Shown here in pieces: positions 29,776 through 39,624 of a stretch of DNA of 64,000 bases. The notes under the pieces are model-generated. The model worked only from the letters and a program-made list of their open reading frames with translations. It ran no database searches and was not told the origin of the DNA. The stretch is from an uncultured Clostridia bacterium. Lineage in GTDB: Bacteria > Bacillota > Clostridia > TANB77 > CAG-508. Position numbers and translations under genes: made by a program. The DNA is taken from the NCBI GenBank assembly GCA_928721565.1, contig OV788638.1, forward strand, positions 1,666 through 65,665. Reading direction: 5' to 3'. Position 1 is the stretch's first letter; each line of letters begins with the position of its first letter.

Positions 29776-31065
29776 ATGATAGATATTAAATTAATTAGAG
29801 AAAACCCAGAATTAGTAAAAGAAAATATTAGAAGAAAATTTCAAGATCAAAAACTAGTTTTAGTTGATGAAGTATTGGAATTAGATAAGAAAAACAGAGA
29901 AGCCAAATTGAATGGTGATAATTTAAGAGCTGACAGAAAAAAAACTAGTGAACAAGTTGGACAGCTTATGAAATCTGGTCAAAAAGATGAAGCAGAAAAA
30001 TTAAAACAAGAAGTTCAAAAAATTAATGTTGCACTTGAAGAAAATGAAGCACTTGAAGAAAAATATTCAAATGAAATTAAAGAAAGAATGATGAAAATTC
30101 CAAACATTATGGATGCAAGTGTTCCTATTGGAAAAGACGACAGTGAAAATGTAGAAGTTCAAAAATTTGGAGAACCAACCAAACCTGATTATGAAATTCC
30201 TCATCATGCTGACATAATAAATACTTTTAACGGTTTAGATAAAGACAGTGCTGGAAGAACTAGTGGAATGGGATTTTATTACTTAATTGGAGATATTGCA
30301 AGATTACATGAGGCAATGCTTGCTTATGCTAGAGATTATATGATAAATAATGGATTTACTTATTGTATTCCACCATTCATGATTCGTTCAGACGTTGTTA
30401 AAGGCGTTATGAGTTTTGAAGAAATGGATGCAATGATGTATAAAATTGAAAATGAAGATTTATTCTTAATTGGTACTTCTGAACACTCAATGATAGGAAG
30501 ATTCAAAGACCAAATTATTAAAAAATCTGATTTACCAATAACAATGACTTCATATTCTCCTTGTTTTAGAAAAGAAATTGGTTCACATGGTTTAGAGGAA
30601 AGAGGATTATATCGTGTTCATCAATTTGAAAAACAAGAAATGATAGTTCTTTGCGAACCAGAAGATTCTATGAATTGGTATAATAAGATGTGGAAATTAA
30701 GTGTAGACTTATTTAGAAACTTCAATGTTCCAGTCAGACAACTTGACTGTTGTTCTGGTGACTTAGCAGACTTAAAAGTAAAATCATGTGATATAGAAGC
30801 TTGGAGTCCACGTCAACAAAAATATTTTGAAGTTTGTAGTTGTTCTACATTAGGAGATGCTCAGGCTAGACGTTTAGGAATTCGTGCTAAAGGAGAAAAA
30901 GGAAACTATTTTGTTCATACTTTAAACAATACAGTTGTTGCTACACCTAGAGGTCTAATTGCAGTTATTGAGAATAATTATAATGAAGATGGAACTGTTA
31001 CTGTTCCAGAAGTTTTAAGACCTTATATGGGAGGAACTGCAAAATTAATACCTGTAAATAAATAA
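29776..31065 (+). CDS. serS: Seryl-tRNA synthetase
   Basis: Start trimmed to MIDIKLIRENPELVKENIRRKF (RBS AAAGGA). An N-terminal coiled coil is followed by a class II core (FRKEIGSHGLEERGLYRVHQFEKQE...GRTSGMGFY). Confidence 0.95.
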   Translation: MIDIKLIRENPELVKENIRRKFQDQKLVLVDEVLELDKKNREAKLNGDNLRADRKKTSEQVGQLMKSGQKDEAEKLKQEVQKINVALEENEALEEKYSNEIKERMMKIPNIMDASVPIGKDDSENVEVQKFGEPTKPDYEIPHHADIINTFNGLDKDSAGRTSGMGFYYLIGDIARLHEAMLAYARDYMINNGFTYCIPPFMIRSDVVKGVMSFEEMDAMMYKIENEDLFLIGTSEHSMIGRFKDQIIKKSDLPITMTSYSPCFRKEIGSHGLEERGLYRVHQFEKQEMIVLCEPEDSMNWYNKMWKLSVDLFRNFNVPVRQLDCCSGDLADLKVKSCDIEAWSPRQQKYFEVCSCSTLGDAQARRLGIRAKGEKGNYFVHTLNNTVVATPRGLIAVIENNYNEDGTVTVPEVLRPYMGGTAKLIPVNK

Positions 31066-31130
31066 TCCATTTAGGACCGGTTCTTTTTTGATCATTGCAC
31101 ATTTAAGAACCGGTCCCAAATGATCAAAAG
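31066..31130. repeat. Inverted pair of palindromic repeat units (GGACCGGTTC at 31074; GAACCGGTCC at 31107)
   Basis: tccatttaGGACCGGTTCttttttgatca ttgcacatttaaGAACCGGTCCcaaatgatca, between serS and engB. Confidence 0.85.
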
Positions 31131-31146
31131 AAAGGAATTATAAGTT

Positions 31147-31728
31147 ATGATAGTAAAAAATCCAAGATTTGAAATATCTGCAGTAAGAGAAAATCAATAT
31201 CCCAAAAATGGACTACCAGAAGTTGTTTTAGTTGGAAAGTCTAATGTTGGAAAATCTAGTTTTATAAATACTATGATTAATAGAAAGAAACTCGCTCGTA
31301 CAAGCAGTGAACCTGGAAAAACTCGTCAATTAAATTTTTATAATATTGATGACAAGTTTTATTTTGTTGATTTGCCTGGTTATGGTTATAGTAAAATGTC
31401 AAAACAAGAACAAGTTAAGGTCGGAGAATTTATTGAACATTACTTAAAACATCGTCAAGAAATTTGCCTTATTATATTTTTAGTTGATATTAGACATGAC
31501 CCTACTTCTAATGATTTTTTAATGTATGATTATGTTATAAGAAGTGGTCTTCCTTGTATGATTTTAACTAACAAGGCCGATAAAATTGCAAAAACTAAAG
31601 TGGATGATGCCACAAAAAATATTCAAAAACAGCTTAATCCTATTGGAGATATTACTACTCTTCCTTTTTCTTCTGAAAGAAAAATTTATAGTGATGATGC
31701 TTGGAATGTTATTGAATCTTATTTATAA
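31147..31728 (+). CDS. engB: Ribosome biogenesis GTPase YsxC/EngB
   Basis: 193 aa, G1 VVLVGKSNVGKSS, G3 DLPGYG, G4 TNKADK. It sits downstream of serS. Confidence 0.9.
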   Translation: MIVKNPRFEISAVRENQYPKNGLPEVVLVGKSNVGKSSFINTMINRKKLARTSSEPGKTRQLNFYNIDDKFYFVDLPGYGYSKMSKQEQVKVGEFIEHYLKHRQEICLIIFLVDIRHDPTSNDFLMYDYVIRSGLPCMILTNKADKIAKTKVDDATKNIQKQLNPIGDITTLPFSSERKIYSDDAWNVIESYL

Positions 31729-31749
31729 AATCAAAATCAATAAACTTTA

Positions 31750-31782
31750 AAAGAGCAAACTCTATGAGTCTGCTCTTTTCTC
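31750..31782. terminator. Bidirectional terminator between engB (+) and the DUF951 gene (-)
   Basis: AAGAGCAAACTC-tat-GAGTCTGCTCTTTTC. The stop codon of the minus-strand gene lies in the loop. Confidence 0.6.
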
Positions 31783-31950
31783 TATTTTAGTTATAGCTTT
31801 CAATGCCTTAGGTCTTTCAAGGACTACAATATGGCCACACCCTTGGCATTTTAGTTTAAAATCAACACCAACTCTGGTTATTTCCCATAGTTTACTTCCA
31901 CATGGATGTGGCTTTTTCGTTCTAACTATATCTCCAATGTTGTAATCCAT
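31762..31950 (-). CDS. DUF951-family small protein
   Basis: 62 aa with paired CxxC/H motifs (HPCGSKLWEI...CQGCGHIV). Confidence 0.55.
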   Translation of the reverse strand: MDYNIGDIVRTKKPHPCGSKLWEITRVGVDFKLKCQGCGHIVVLERPKALKAITKIEKRADS

Positions 31951-32029
31951 ATTGAATTCCTCCTCTTATATTCAATAATTTATTTGCGTATCTTTTTATT
32001 ATCACAACTTGAAACATATAGTATTATTT

Positions 32030-33691
32030 TTATTTCAAGTTTTCCTTAGCAAATTCGAAACGCTTAGTAATTCTGTCTTTTCCAAGAACTTGCATAATTT
32101 CGTACATATCAGGAGTATTAGTTCTTGAAGTTAATGCAACTCTTAAAACTGTACTAACATCACCAACATGAGCCTTGTACATTCCTGGATTTGCCTTGAA
32201 TTCTTTAACTTCTTTAGCATATCCCATCTCTCCTGCTACTTCTTTTATTTTATTAAACCAAGTTTGTTTATCATCATTTTCATCATAATATTTTTCAATA
32301 TATAAATCTAATATTTTAGAAATATCTTCTTTATCTGAAATTGCTGGTTGATATGGATATTCTTGATTATTATTGTAAAATTCAGCATCATACATATATG
32401 AGATGTTTTCTTTTACATCTGACCATTTCGCAATATCTTTTCTTGGCTTTTTGTTTCCTCTTTCAATTCCGAAAACTTTTAAAGCATATTCTTTATCTTT
32501 TAATAAATCTGCAAGTTCATTGTCATACTCTTGAGCCCATTCTAAAGCTTTTTCGTATACATCTTCTGCAGTCATTTTAGATATTACTGTTTTTCCAATA
32601 TCCAATAATTTCACCATATCAAATAATGCTCCACTTACACTCATCTTATTTAATATGAAATCAAATTCTTCCATCTTTTTATCTGGATTTGCTCTTCTCC
32701 AATTTTCAAATGTAGAATTTGCAATATTTAATAGATACTCTTTTACTGCATCTGTTGGAACACCTTGTTCTTTATAATACGAAACAGCCGCCTCTGGATC
32801 TTTTCTCTTACTTAATTTACGTTTTCCACCATTATCATTTTTCATAATTGGTGATATATGTGCATATTTAGGAGCTTTAAACCCTAGCTCATGGAATAAT
32901 TGTAAATGTAATGGAACTGATGATAGCCACTCATCACTTCTTATTACATGTGTTGTATGCATTAAATGATCATCAACTGCATGTGCAAAGTGATACGTTG
33001 GAAGTCCATCTGATTTAATTATAATTATGTCTTGGTCATTTTCTGGGAAATCCACATTACCTTTTATAACGTCTTTATGTTTGATTTTCCTATCTTCTCT
33101 TCCTGGTGATTTAAATCTGATTATATATGGTTCTCCTTCTTTAATTTTTTCTGCCATTTCTTCAACAGATAAATTTCTACATTTTGCCCAAGCACCATAA
33201 TATCCTGTTCTTAGTTTTGCAGCTTCTTGTTTACTTCTTATTTCTTCTAAGTCATCCGGTGTACAGAAACATGGATATGCTTTTCCTTGTTCTAACATAT
33301 ATTTAGCATATGCTTGATATATTTCTTTTCTCAAACTTTGCTTATATGGTCCGTAATTTCCAATTTCTTCTGTATCTGAAATCATTCCTTCATCTGGTGC
33401 CATATCAAAGTCTTTTAAAGAATTTACTATTCCTGTTACTCCATTTTCTACTTCCCTTTTTTGGTCTGTATCTTCAACTCTTAAAAAGAATACTCCACCT
33501 GTTTTTTCTGCAACAGTTCTTGCTACTAATGCTTGATATAGACCTCCTATATGTACAAACCCAGTTGGGCTAGGAGCAAATCTTGTTACTATTGCTCCTT
33601 CTGGTAAATTTCTTTCTGGGTATTTTTCTTCATAATATGATATTTCTTTCACATCTGGAAAGATTAAATTTGCTAAATCTTTGTAATCCAT
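32030..33691 (-). CDS. gltX: Glutamyl-tRNA synthetase (long form, 553 aa)
   Basis: RFAPSPTGFVHIGG (HIGH-type) and KLSKRK (KMSKS). The GluRS-type catalytic core is followed by an extended anticodon-binding C-terminus. Confidence 0.8.
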   Translation of the reverse strand: MDYKDLANLIFPDVKEISYYEEKYPERNLPEGAIVTRFAPSPTGFVHIGGLYQALVARTVAEKTGGVFFLRVEDTDQKREVENGVTGIVNSLKDFDMAPDEGMISDTEEIGNYGPYKQSLRKEIYQAYAKYMLEQGKAYPCFCTPDDLEEIRSKQEAAKLRTGYYGAWAKCRNLSVEEMAEKIKEGEPYIIRFKSPGREDRKIKHKDVIKGNVDFPENDQDIIIIKSDGLPTYHFAHAVDDHLMHTTHVIRSDEWLSSVPLHLQLFHELGFKAPKYAHISPIMKNDNGGKRKLSKRKDPEAAVSYYKEQGVPTDAVKEYLLNIANSTFENWRRANPDKKMEEFDFILNKMSVSGALFDMVKLLDIGKTVISKMTAEDVYEKALEWAQEYDNELADLLKDKEYALKVFGIERGNKKPRKDIAKWSDVKENISYMYDAEFYNNNQEYPYQPAISDKEDISKILDLYIEKYYDENDDKQTWFNKIKEVAGEMGYAKEVKEFKANPGMYKAHVGDVSTVLRVALTSRTNTPDMYEIMQVLGKDRITKRFEFAKENLK

Positions 33692-33736
33692 TTTTTCCTC
33701 CTTGTGGGTAATTTGATTTTAGCCCATTTTATTTTT

Positions 33737-35605
33737 CTAAACTTCCATAATAATTGGTATAATCATTGGATTTCTTTTTGTTTTAATAAATAAATAATCA
33801 CGTAAATTTTCTTTAACAGTTGATTTTATAGTTGACCAATCACGAACTCCTCTTTCTTCGCATTTAGCAACCTCATGTCTAACAACACTCTTTACATCAT
33901 CCATTAAGTTTTCTGATTCTCTAACATATACAAATCCTCTAGAAATTACATCTGGACCTGCAACAACCTCTCCAGTTTGAGAGTCCATTGTTAATACAAT
34001 AACTATAAGTCCATCTTGTGCAAGATGTTGTCTATCTCTTAAAACTATGTTTCCAACATCTCCAACACCTAATCCGTCTACTAGTACTCTTCCACTTGGT
34101 ACTGAACCATTGAATTTTGCTTCTTCTTCGTTCATCTCTAGCACTCTACCATTTGTCAACATAAATATATTATCTTTGTCTATTCCCATTAATTCTGCAG
34201 TTTCTTGATGAGCTCTTAATTGTCTGTATTCACCATGAACTGGTATAAAATATTTTGGTTTAGCTAAAGCCATTATCAATTTTTGTTCTTCTTGACAAGC
34301 ATGTCCGGAAACATGAACATCTGCTAATGCACTATATACAACTTCTGCACCTAATTGCATCAAATCGTCAATTACTTTTGAAACATATTTTTCATTACCT
34401 GGAATTGGCGTAGCTGATATTATAATTAAGTCATTTGGCGTAATTTTTACTTTTCTATGATCTCCTGCAGCCATTCTTGTTAAAGCTGACATAGGTTCGC
34501 CTTGGCTTCCTGTTGTTATAATTACAAGTTGGTCATCTGTATAACTTCCAATCATGTCAATATCAATAAACAAATTTTCTGGACAATCTATATATCCAAG
34601 TTCAACTGCTGTTGATATCATGTTTATCATACTTCTACCACATACAGCTATTTTTCTTCCATATTTTACTGCTGAATTTACAATTTGTTGGATTCTGTGT
34701 ACATTTGAAGCAAATGTTGCAACAACTATTCTTTTAGTACAATTTAAAAATAATTTTTCAAATACTTCTCCAACTGAGCTTTCAGACATTGTAAAACCTT
34801 TTCTTTCAGCATTTGTACTATCTGCCATTAACGCTAAAATTCCTTGTTGTCCTAATTCTGCAATTCTTCCAAAGTCCATAATTTGTCCATCTATTGGAGT
34901 ATAATCTACTTTGAAATCTCCTGTGTGTAAAACAGTTCCAGCTGGTGTAGTAATTGCTAACATTACTGAATCTGGAATACTGTGTGAACTTCTAATAAAT
35001 TCAACTTTGAAATTTTGTCCAAGTTTAATTGTATCACCTTGGTTTACTATATTCATATCTGTACTTCTTAGTAATTTATGTTCTTCTAATTTATTACAAA
35101 TTAGTCCAGCAGTTAATCTTGTTGCATAAATAGGTACATTTATTTGTTTCAAGAAATATGGGATTCCTCCTATATGATCTTCATGTCCATGTGTTATAAC
35201 CATTCCTTTTATTTTCTCTTGATTTTTTACTAAATAAGTTACATCTGGTATTACTAAGTCTACTCCTAGCATATCATCCTCTGGAAAAGATATACCGCAA
35301 TCTACTATTATTATTTCATCTTCATATTCAAATACTGTTATATTCTTTCCTATTTCATGTAATCCTCCTAATGGGATTATCTTTAATTTTGATTTTTTAA
35401 ATATATCTTGATTTTTTGATTTTTTTGAAGATCCTGTCTTTCTTGTTCTTGATGTTTTCTTTTTTTCTTCAATTTTTACTTCTTTTAAATCTTTTTCATC
35501 ATTTTTACTATAATTTTTTCTAACTGTATTTTTTCGTGTTGTAGTTTTTCTTTTTGATTTTTTTGTTTGCTCTTTCTCTTTTAAAGCATTGTTTTCATCT
35601 GTCAT
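33737..35605 (-). CDS. rnj: Ribonuclease J with a lysine/arginine-rich N-terminal extension of about 70 aa
   Basis: KIIPLGGLHEIGKN...ITHGHEDHIGGIPY (metallo-beta-lactamase), beta-CASP and a C-terminal domain ending PMIIPIIMEV. There is no alternative start between the ATG at 35605 and the conserved core. Confidence 0.9.
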   Translation of the reverse strand: MTDENNALKEKEQTKKSKRKTTTRKNTVRKNYSKNDEKDLKEVKIEEKKKTSRTRKTGSSKKSKNQDIFKKSKLKIIPLGGLHEIGKNITVFEYEDEIIIVDCGISFPEDDMLGVDLVIPDVTYLVKNQEKIKGMVITHGHEDHIGGIPYFLKQINVPIYATRLTAGLICNKLEEHKLLRSTDMNIVNQGDTIKLGQNFKVEFIRSSHSIPDSVMLAITTPAGTVLHTGDFKVDYTPIDGQIMDFGRIAELGQQGILALMADSTNAERKGFTMSESSVGEVFEKLFLNCTKRIVVATFASNVHRIQQIVNSAVKYGRKIAVCGRSMINMISTAVELGYIDCPENLFIDIDMIGSYTDDQLVIITTGSQGEPMSALTRMAAGDHRKVKITPNDLIIISATPIPGNEKYVSKVIDDLMQLGAEVVYSALADVHVSGHACQEEQKLIMALAKPKYFIPVHGEYRQLRAHQETAELMGIDKDNIFMLTNGRVLEMNEEEAKFNGSVPSGRVLVDGLGVGDVGNIVLRDRQHLAQDGLIVIVLTMDSQTGEVVAGPDVISRGFVYVRESENLMDDVKSVVRHEVAKCEERGVRDWSTIKSTVKENLRDYLFIKTKRNPMIIPIIMEV

Positions 35606-35899
35606 AATCTAACTTTTCTCCTCTCTATATCTAATCTTATTATTAAATTTCATTTTACGTACATCATTAATAAATAATTAGAAATAAAGTTCATTAATAC
35701 ACATGAATGCTATTATATTTTCATCCATGTTATTATTCAAACTTTTTTCTATTTATTCCCGCTCTTTTAATTATTCGCTTTTTCTCTCTCTTTAATACAT
35801 TAAAATAAAATCTCTTCTTTGCCCTTTTGGCAATCTGATATAGATTATAGCAGATTATGATAATGTTGTCAAGTCAACCACATTATGTAATTTTTATTA

Positions 35900-36352
35900 C
35901 TATTTTATTTTTGATATATCAATTACATTTTTCATTTTCTCTACATTTGGATCTCCTAACTTTTTAGATATTGTAAGATCAAATTGCATTAATATATCAA
36001 GTAGTTCATTGTGATCAGTTTTTCTATCAATTCTATATTGTCTCCAAGCTTTTCTATTTTCTTCCCAAAGCATTCTGTTTTCTTTCCAACGTCTGTCATT
36101 TTCTTCCCAACGCTTCTCGTTTTGTTCCCAACGTCTGTCATTCTCATCCCAACGCTTCTTATTTTCTGCCCATAATCTTTTATTCTCTTCCCAATGAGCA
36201 TTCTCAATCTCTCTACTCTTTTGTATTTCTTTCTTATTTTCTTTAATTTCAGCTCTTAATTCATTAAAAGAAGCTGTTGTTTGCAATTGAAAAGTATTTA
36301 ATGCTTGTCCTAGTTGTAATACTTGTTCTAATATTTCGTTATTATCAACCAT
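35900..36352 (-). CDS. Hypothetical coiled-coil protein with a Trp-containing heptad array (RWEENxKRW repeated more than 7 times) encoded by 21-bp tandem DNA repeats
   Basis: 150 aa: ...HWEENKRLWAENKKRWDENDRRWEQNEKRWEENDRRWKENRMLWEENRKAW... The DNA at 36040-36200 consists of repeated 21-mers. Confidence 0.5.
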   Translation of the reverse strand: MVDNNEILEQVLQLGQALNTFQLQTTASFNELRAEIKENKKEIQKSREIENAHWEENKRLWAENKKRWDENDRRWEQNEKRWEENDRRWKENRMLWEENRKAWRQYRIDRKTDHNELLDILMQFDLTISKKLGDPNVEKMKNVIDISKIK

Positions 36353-36544
36353 GTTATAACCTCCTTAAAATTTTGATTCAATCTAAAAATAGATTTAATT
36401 ATGTTTTGATTTAAAATCTCATATTGAAAAAACAATAAAAATTTGAATATAAAAATAATCTTTATAAAAAATCTGTCTACATTATACCTTCTCATTTAGC
36501 CATTGTCAAGAAGTTTCTTTCGACAAATTTCGACTCAATTGCAC

Positions 36545-36571
36545 AGAACAGAACCGGTCCCTAATGAACAC
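36545..36571. repeat. Single palindromic repeat unit (GAACCGGTCC at 36551)
   Basis: acagaacaGAACCGGTCCctaatgaaca, preceded by CAATTG, just downstream of the last gene of the SipW locus. Confidence 0.8.
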
Positions 36572-36624
36572 AAAAAAGACTGATTTAAAATCAGTCTCTT
36601 TCTATCTATAATTAAACCTTTATA

Positions 36625-37803
36625 TTAATGTTCTGGTTTGCTTAATCCAAGATTCAAAGTTAAACCTTGTCCAAGTGAAGCATAGTTGATACAGTCAGGA
36701 TCTTGACCTTCTATCCATACATATACTCTTACTTTTTGATATTGGTTTGCTATCATTTGAATAGGAGTAGTTCCATCTTTAACACTCATTAAATCTATTG
36801 AATCACTTCTTGTATCAGCTGCAGTTGTTTGAGTTGTATTTTGTTTAGTTAATCCTGCTGCAGGTGTTTTCCAGTCATATACATCTGCTATAGTTCCAGC
36901 TGTTTTTGAAGCTGCTGTTAAAGCATATGTAGGTAATTTTTTTCCATCAGTGAATGGTGATATTCCTGCTGCATTAGCAGTTAATCCATATGTAGTATTA
37001 TCATTAGCTAATAATTTAAGAGAGTTTGCTTTAGAGTTTACTATGTTAGCAACGTGTTCTTCAGCATTTGGTTCCCAAATAGCTACATCTGATATATTTT
37101 TTCCTGTTGATGTTCCTGCTATTATTGCTGCTTGATCTGGTTCTGTTGTTTGACCAATTTTCATTGTCTCTCCTGCATTTTCATATAAAGCAAGTCCAAT
37201 TCTTGCAGTATTTTGAATACCTGTTGCTTCATTTACACCTAATAAATCAGATGTTGCATCTAATTGAAGTTTATCTGAAGTAACTCCTGTTGTTGAAGTA
37301 TTCATCAAATATAAATCAAAAGCAAAATATCCTGAAGCTTTTTCTTCTGCTGCTGTAGCGATTTCTTTTAAACCTGCTGAATCTGTATATTTACCATTAT
37401 ACATTACTAAACCTGTTGTTCCTATTCCTTCATTTGTAGCTCCTGTTGTTGAAACTGGTAAATATTCTGCTGGTACTATATTTGTAATTCCTTCTGCTGG
37501 TGATTGGAATGTTTTTTCATCATCTAAATATGTTGTAGTTGCAGTTGTGCTTACTGTCCAATTGTCTGCATCTGTTTGAACAAAATCATCAAATTTAATT
37601 GAATTTACCCAGTGTTTTGCATCTAGTGAAATTTGCAAACCTTCTGCTACATTTACTTGACCTTTTAGTCCACTTAGCATAACATTTCTCTGTGTAGAGA
37701 ACCATGCATATGTTGATACTATCAATAAGATAGCTGTAAATGCTACTAATAAAATTAAAGCATTTAATCTTTTTCTTGAGTTTCTTTCATTGTTTTCTCT
37801 CAT
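36625..37803 (-). CDS. Secreted protein with a SipW-cognate signal peptide (TasA/camelysin-class substrate), 392 aa
   Basis: N-terminus ...ALILLVAFTAILLIVSTYAWFSTQRNV (YAWF motif). It is Thr/Ala-rich and predicted beta-rich. The C-terminal motif is VYVWIEGQDPDC. Confidence 0.6.
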   Translation of the reverse strand: MRENNERNSRKRLNALILLVAFTAILLIVSTYAWFSTQRNVMLSGLKGQVNVAEGLQISLDAKHWVNSIKFDDFVQTDADNWTVSTTATTTYLDDEKTFQSPAEGITNIVPAEYLPVSTTGATNEGIGTTGLVMYNGKYTDSAGLKEIATAAEEKASGYFAFDLYLMNTSTTGVTSDKLQLDATSDLLGVNEATGIQNTARIGLALYENAGETMKIGQTTEPDQAAIIAGTSTGKNISDVAIWEPNAEEHVANIVNSKANSLKLLANDNTTYGLTANAAGISPFTDGKKLPTYALTAASKTAGTIADVYDWKTPAAGLTKQNTTQTTAADTRSDSIDLMSVKDGTTPIQMIANQYQKVRVYVWIEGQDPDCINYASLGQGLTLNLGLSKPEH

Positions 37804-37964
37804 TTTTTCTTCCTTCCTTTTCTTTTATTTTCTTTTTTATATTTGTAAATTTTATAAACATATTTACTCTTTTGTACCTATTTCTTGTTGCACAAAAGTT
37901 TTAGTTTGTAAATTGTTCATTTGAGAACCAATCCCTAATGACTCAAATGGCACAAACTTGAATT

Positions 37965-38750
37965 TTATCTTTTGTTTTGTGGAACTTCATCATTTTGCAA
38001 GATATGTTCTTCAGTTAGAGTCATATGCATTTTTATTTCTCCACCTATTAAATCATCTTTGCATTCTGGGTCGTCCCCTTCTACCCAAATAACAACAGTC
38101 CATTTATCAATGTCACCAACTTTGAAGTTCTCTGATAAATCTAGCATTACGGTATCATCATTTTTGAATGCCACTGTATCTGGTTCAGGTTGTCCTGTTT
38201 CTCTGTTGTTTTTTGCGTAAATAACTTTGTTGTCATTTTTGAAAACCATAACTCTGATTGCTTCATCAACATTTTTTACTACATCATCTATTTTTATGGT
38301 TGTCCAATAGTTAATAGTATCTTGCCCCATATTTTCTGCATAAAATGTATATGCTATGTAGTTTCTACCATTATGTGAGCCATCACCTTCGTTGTTTATA
38401 TTTTCTGGTAGCCAGTTAACTGATATATCTGTAAAAAAGTCTATATCTTTTGATCTTAAAAATGTTCTTGTATATTTATTAGTTTGATCTTCGTATATTA
38501 CTAAGCCACTTTCTCTTCCATATTCACTATCAAGTGTTACTGTAAAATTTTCGCCCCTATAAAATATTGATAAGATAATATATATATTTATCAAAAATAT
38601 TACTATTATCCCTAATATTACTCTAAAAGCTATTTGCCTGGTCTTTTTTCTTTTTTCCTTTTTTGCCTTTTCTTCTAATTTTTGACCGGCTGTTGTTTCA
38701 TCAATTTGTTTTTCAAGTGTTTCTTCGTTTTTTGTTGTTTCATTTGCCAT
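37965..38750 (-). CDS. Membrane-anchored protein (type II topology) with a possible SipW-type cleavage region and a C-terminal W-V-E-G-D-D-P-E-C motif
   Basis: A K/E-rich N-terminus, one TM helix (ILGIIVIFLINIYIILSIF), then YRGENF. The C-terminal VVIWVEGDDPEC is paralogous to the motif in the 36625 gene. Confidence 0.5.
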   Translation of the reverse strand: MANETTKNEETLEKQIDETTAGQKLEEKAKKEKRKKTRQIAFRVILGIIVIFLINIYIILSIFYRGENFTVTLDSEYGRESGLVIYEDQTNKYTRTFLRSKDIDFFTDISVNWLPENINNEGDGSHNGRNYIAYTFYAENMGQDTINYWTTIKIDDVVKNVDEAIRVMVFKNDNKVIYAKNNRETGQPEPDTVAFKNDDTVMLDLSENFKVGDIDKWTVVIWVEGDDPECKDDLIGGEIKMHMTLTEEHILQNDEVPQNKR

Positions 38751-38894
38751 AATCTCACCTGGTTCTTCAAAAAATATTTTTTTTCAACAATTTCTATTAA
38801 TATTATACTTAGTCTTTATTTCTTTGTCAACGATTTTTGTATTACATTTATATTACAAAAATAATACATTTTCATTACATTTTCGTTACACCTC

Positions 38895-39593
38895 TTATGT
38901 TGAATCACGTAACATTTCACTGGTTATTTTTACTGTAATTTCTATCGCTTTTGAAATATCATTTTCTTCATTTTGGTAATATGTATATGCATCTTTTCCA
39001 AATTTTGTATCTAATATATCTTTAGCCAAATTTTCGTCATCAGTACCAGCTCCTTGATAAGTCCAATTAACATTAAACTTAACAGATGCTTCTGCATCTG
39101 GAGTTGTATCATCATCTACATATTTGCCATTAATTCTTGCTTTATCATATGTATAACTTACATTAAATGGGTATGTTGTATCATCTGCAAATAAACTTAC
39201 TGTGTTACCATCAGTTTTTATTCCTCCATCAGCTTGTAACTGTGTTAGCACTTCTTTGCCAAAAACTTTTACCGAAGTTATTTCATAACTTATTTTTGAA
39301 CTTGTTGTACTCAAATTACGTATATGTACAGTATCCTCTCTATTAGGCATTCCAGGATACAATTCATCTATGGTAAATGTATAATCTTGATCTAATACTT
39401 CTTTTCCATCAACATAATATGTAACATCCCAAGGGGTTATATCAGCAGTTAACCCCTTTATTTGTACTTGTTGGCTTATATTAAACCAGGCATAGGTATT
39501 TACTATTAATATTACAGAAAATATCATAATTAATCTAACTCTAGACGCAACACTTCGTTTTTTCGCTCGTCTGAATTCACGTAATATATTCAT
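38895..39593 (-). CDS. Secreted protein with a SipW-cognate signal peptide (TasA-class), 232 aa
   Basis: N-terminus ...LIMIFSVILIVNTYAWFNISQQVQ. Confidence 0.6.
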   Translation of the reverse strand: MNILREFRRAKKRSVASRVRLIMIFSVILIVNTYAWFNISQQVQIKGLTADITPWDVTYYVDGKEVLDQDYTFTIDELYPGMPNREDTVHIRNLSTTSSKISYEITSVKVFGKEVLTQLQADGGIKTDGNTVSLFADDTTYPFNVSYTYDKARINGKYVDDDTTPDAEASVKFNVNWTYQGAGTDDENLAKDILDTKFGKDAYTYYQNEENDISKAIEITVKITSEMLRDST

Positions 39594-39624
39594 AAATCCT
39601 CCATTCTATCTTTTGTCAACTTAT

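Noticed and set aside
35989-36207. 72-aa minus-strand ORF overlapping the W-heptad gene in another frame
   Set aside because: Artefact of the 21-bp tandem repeat, which is open in two frames.
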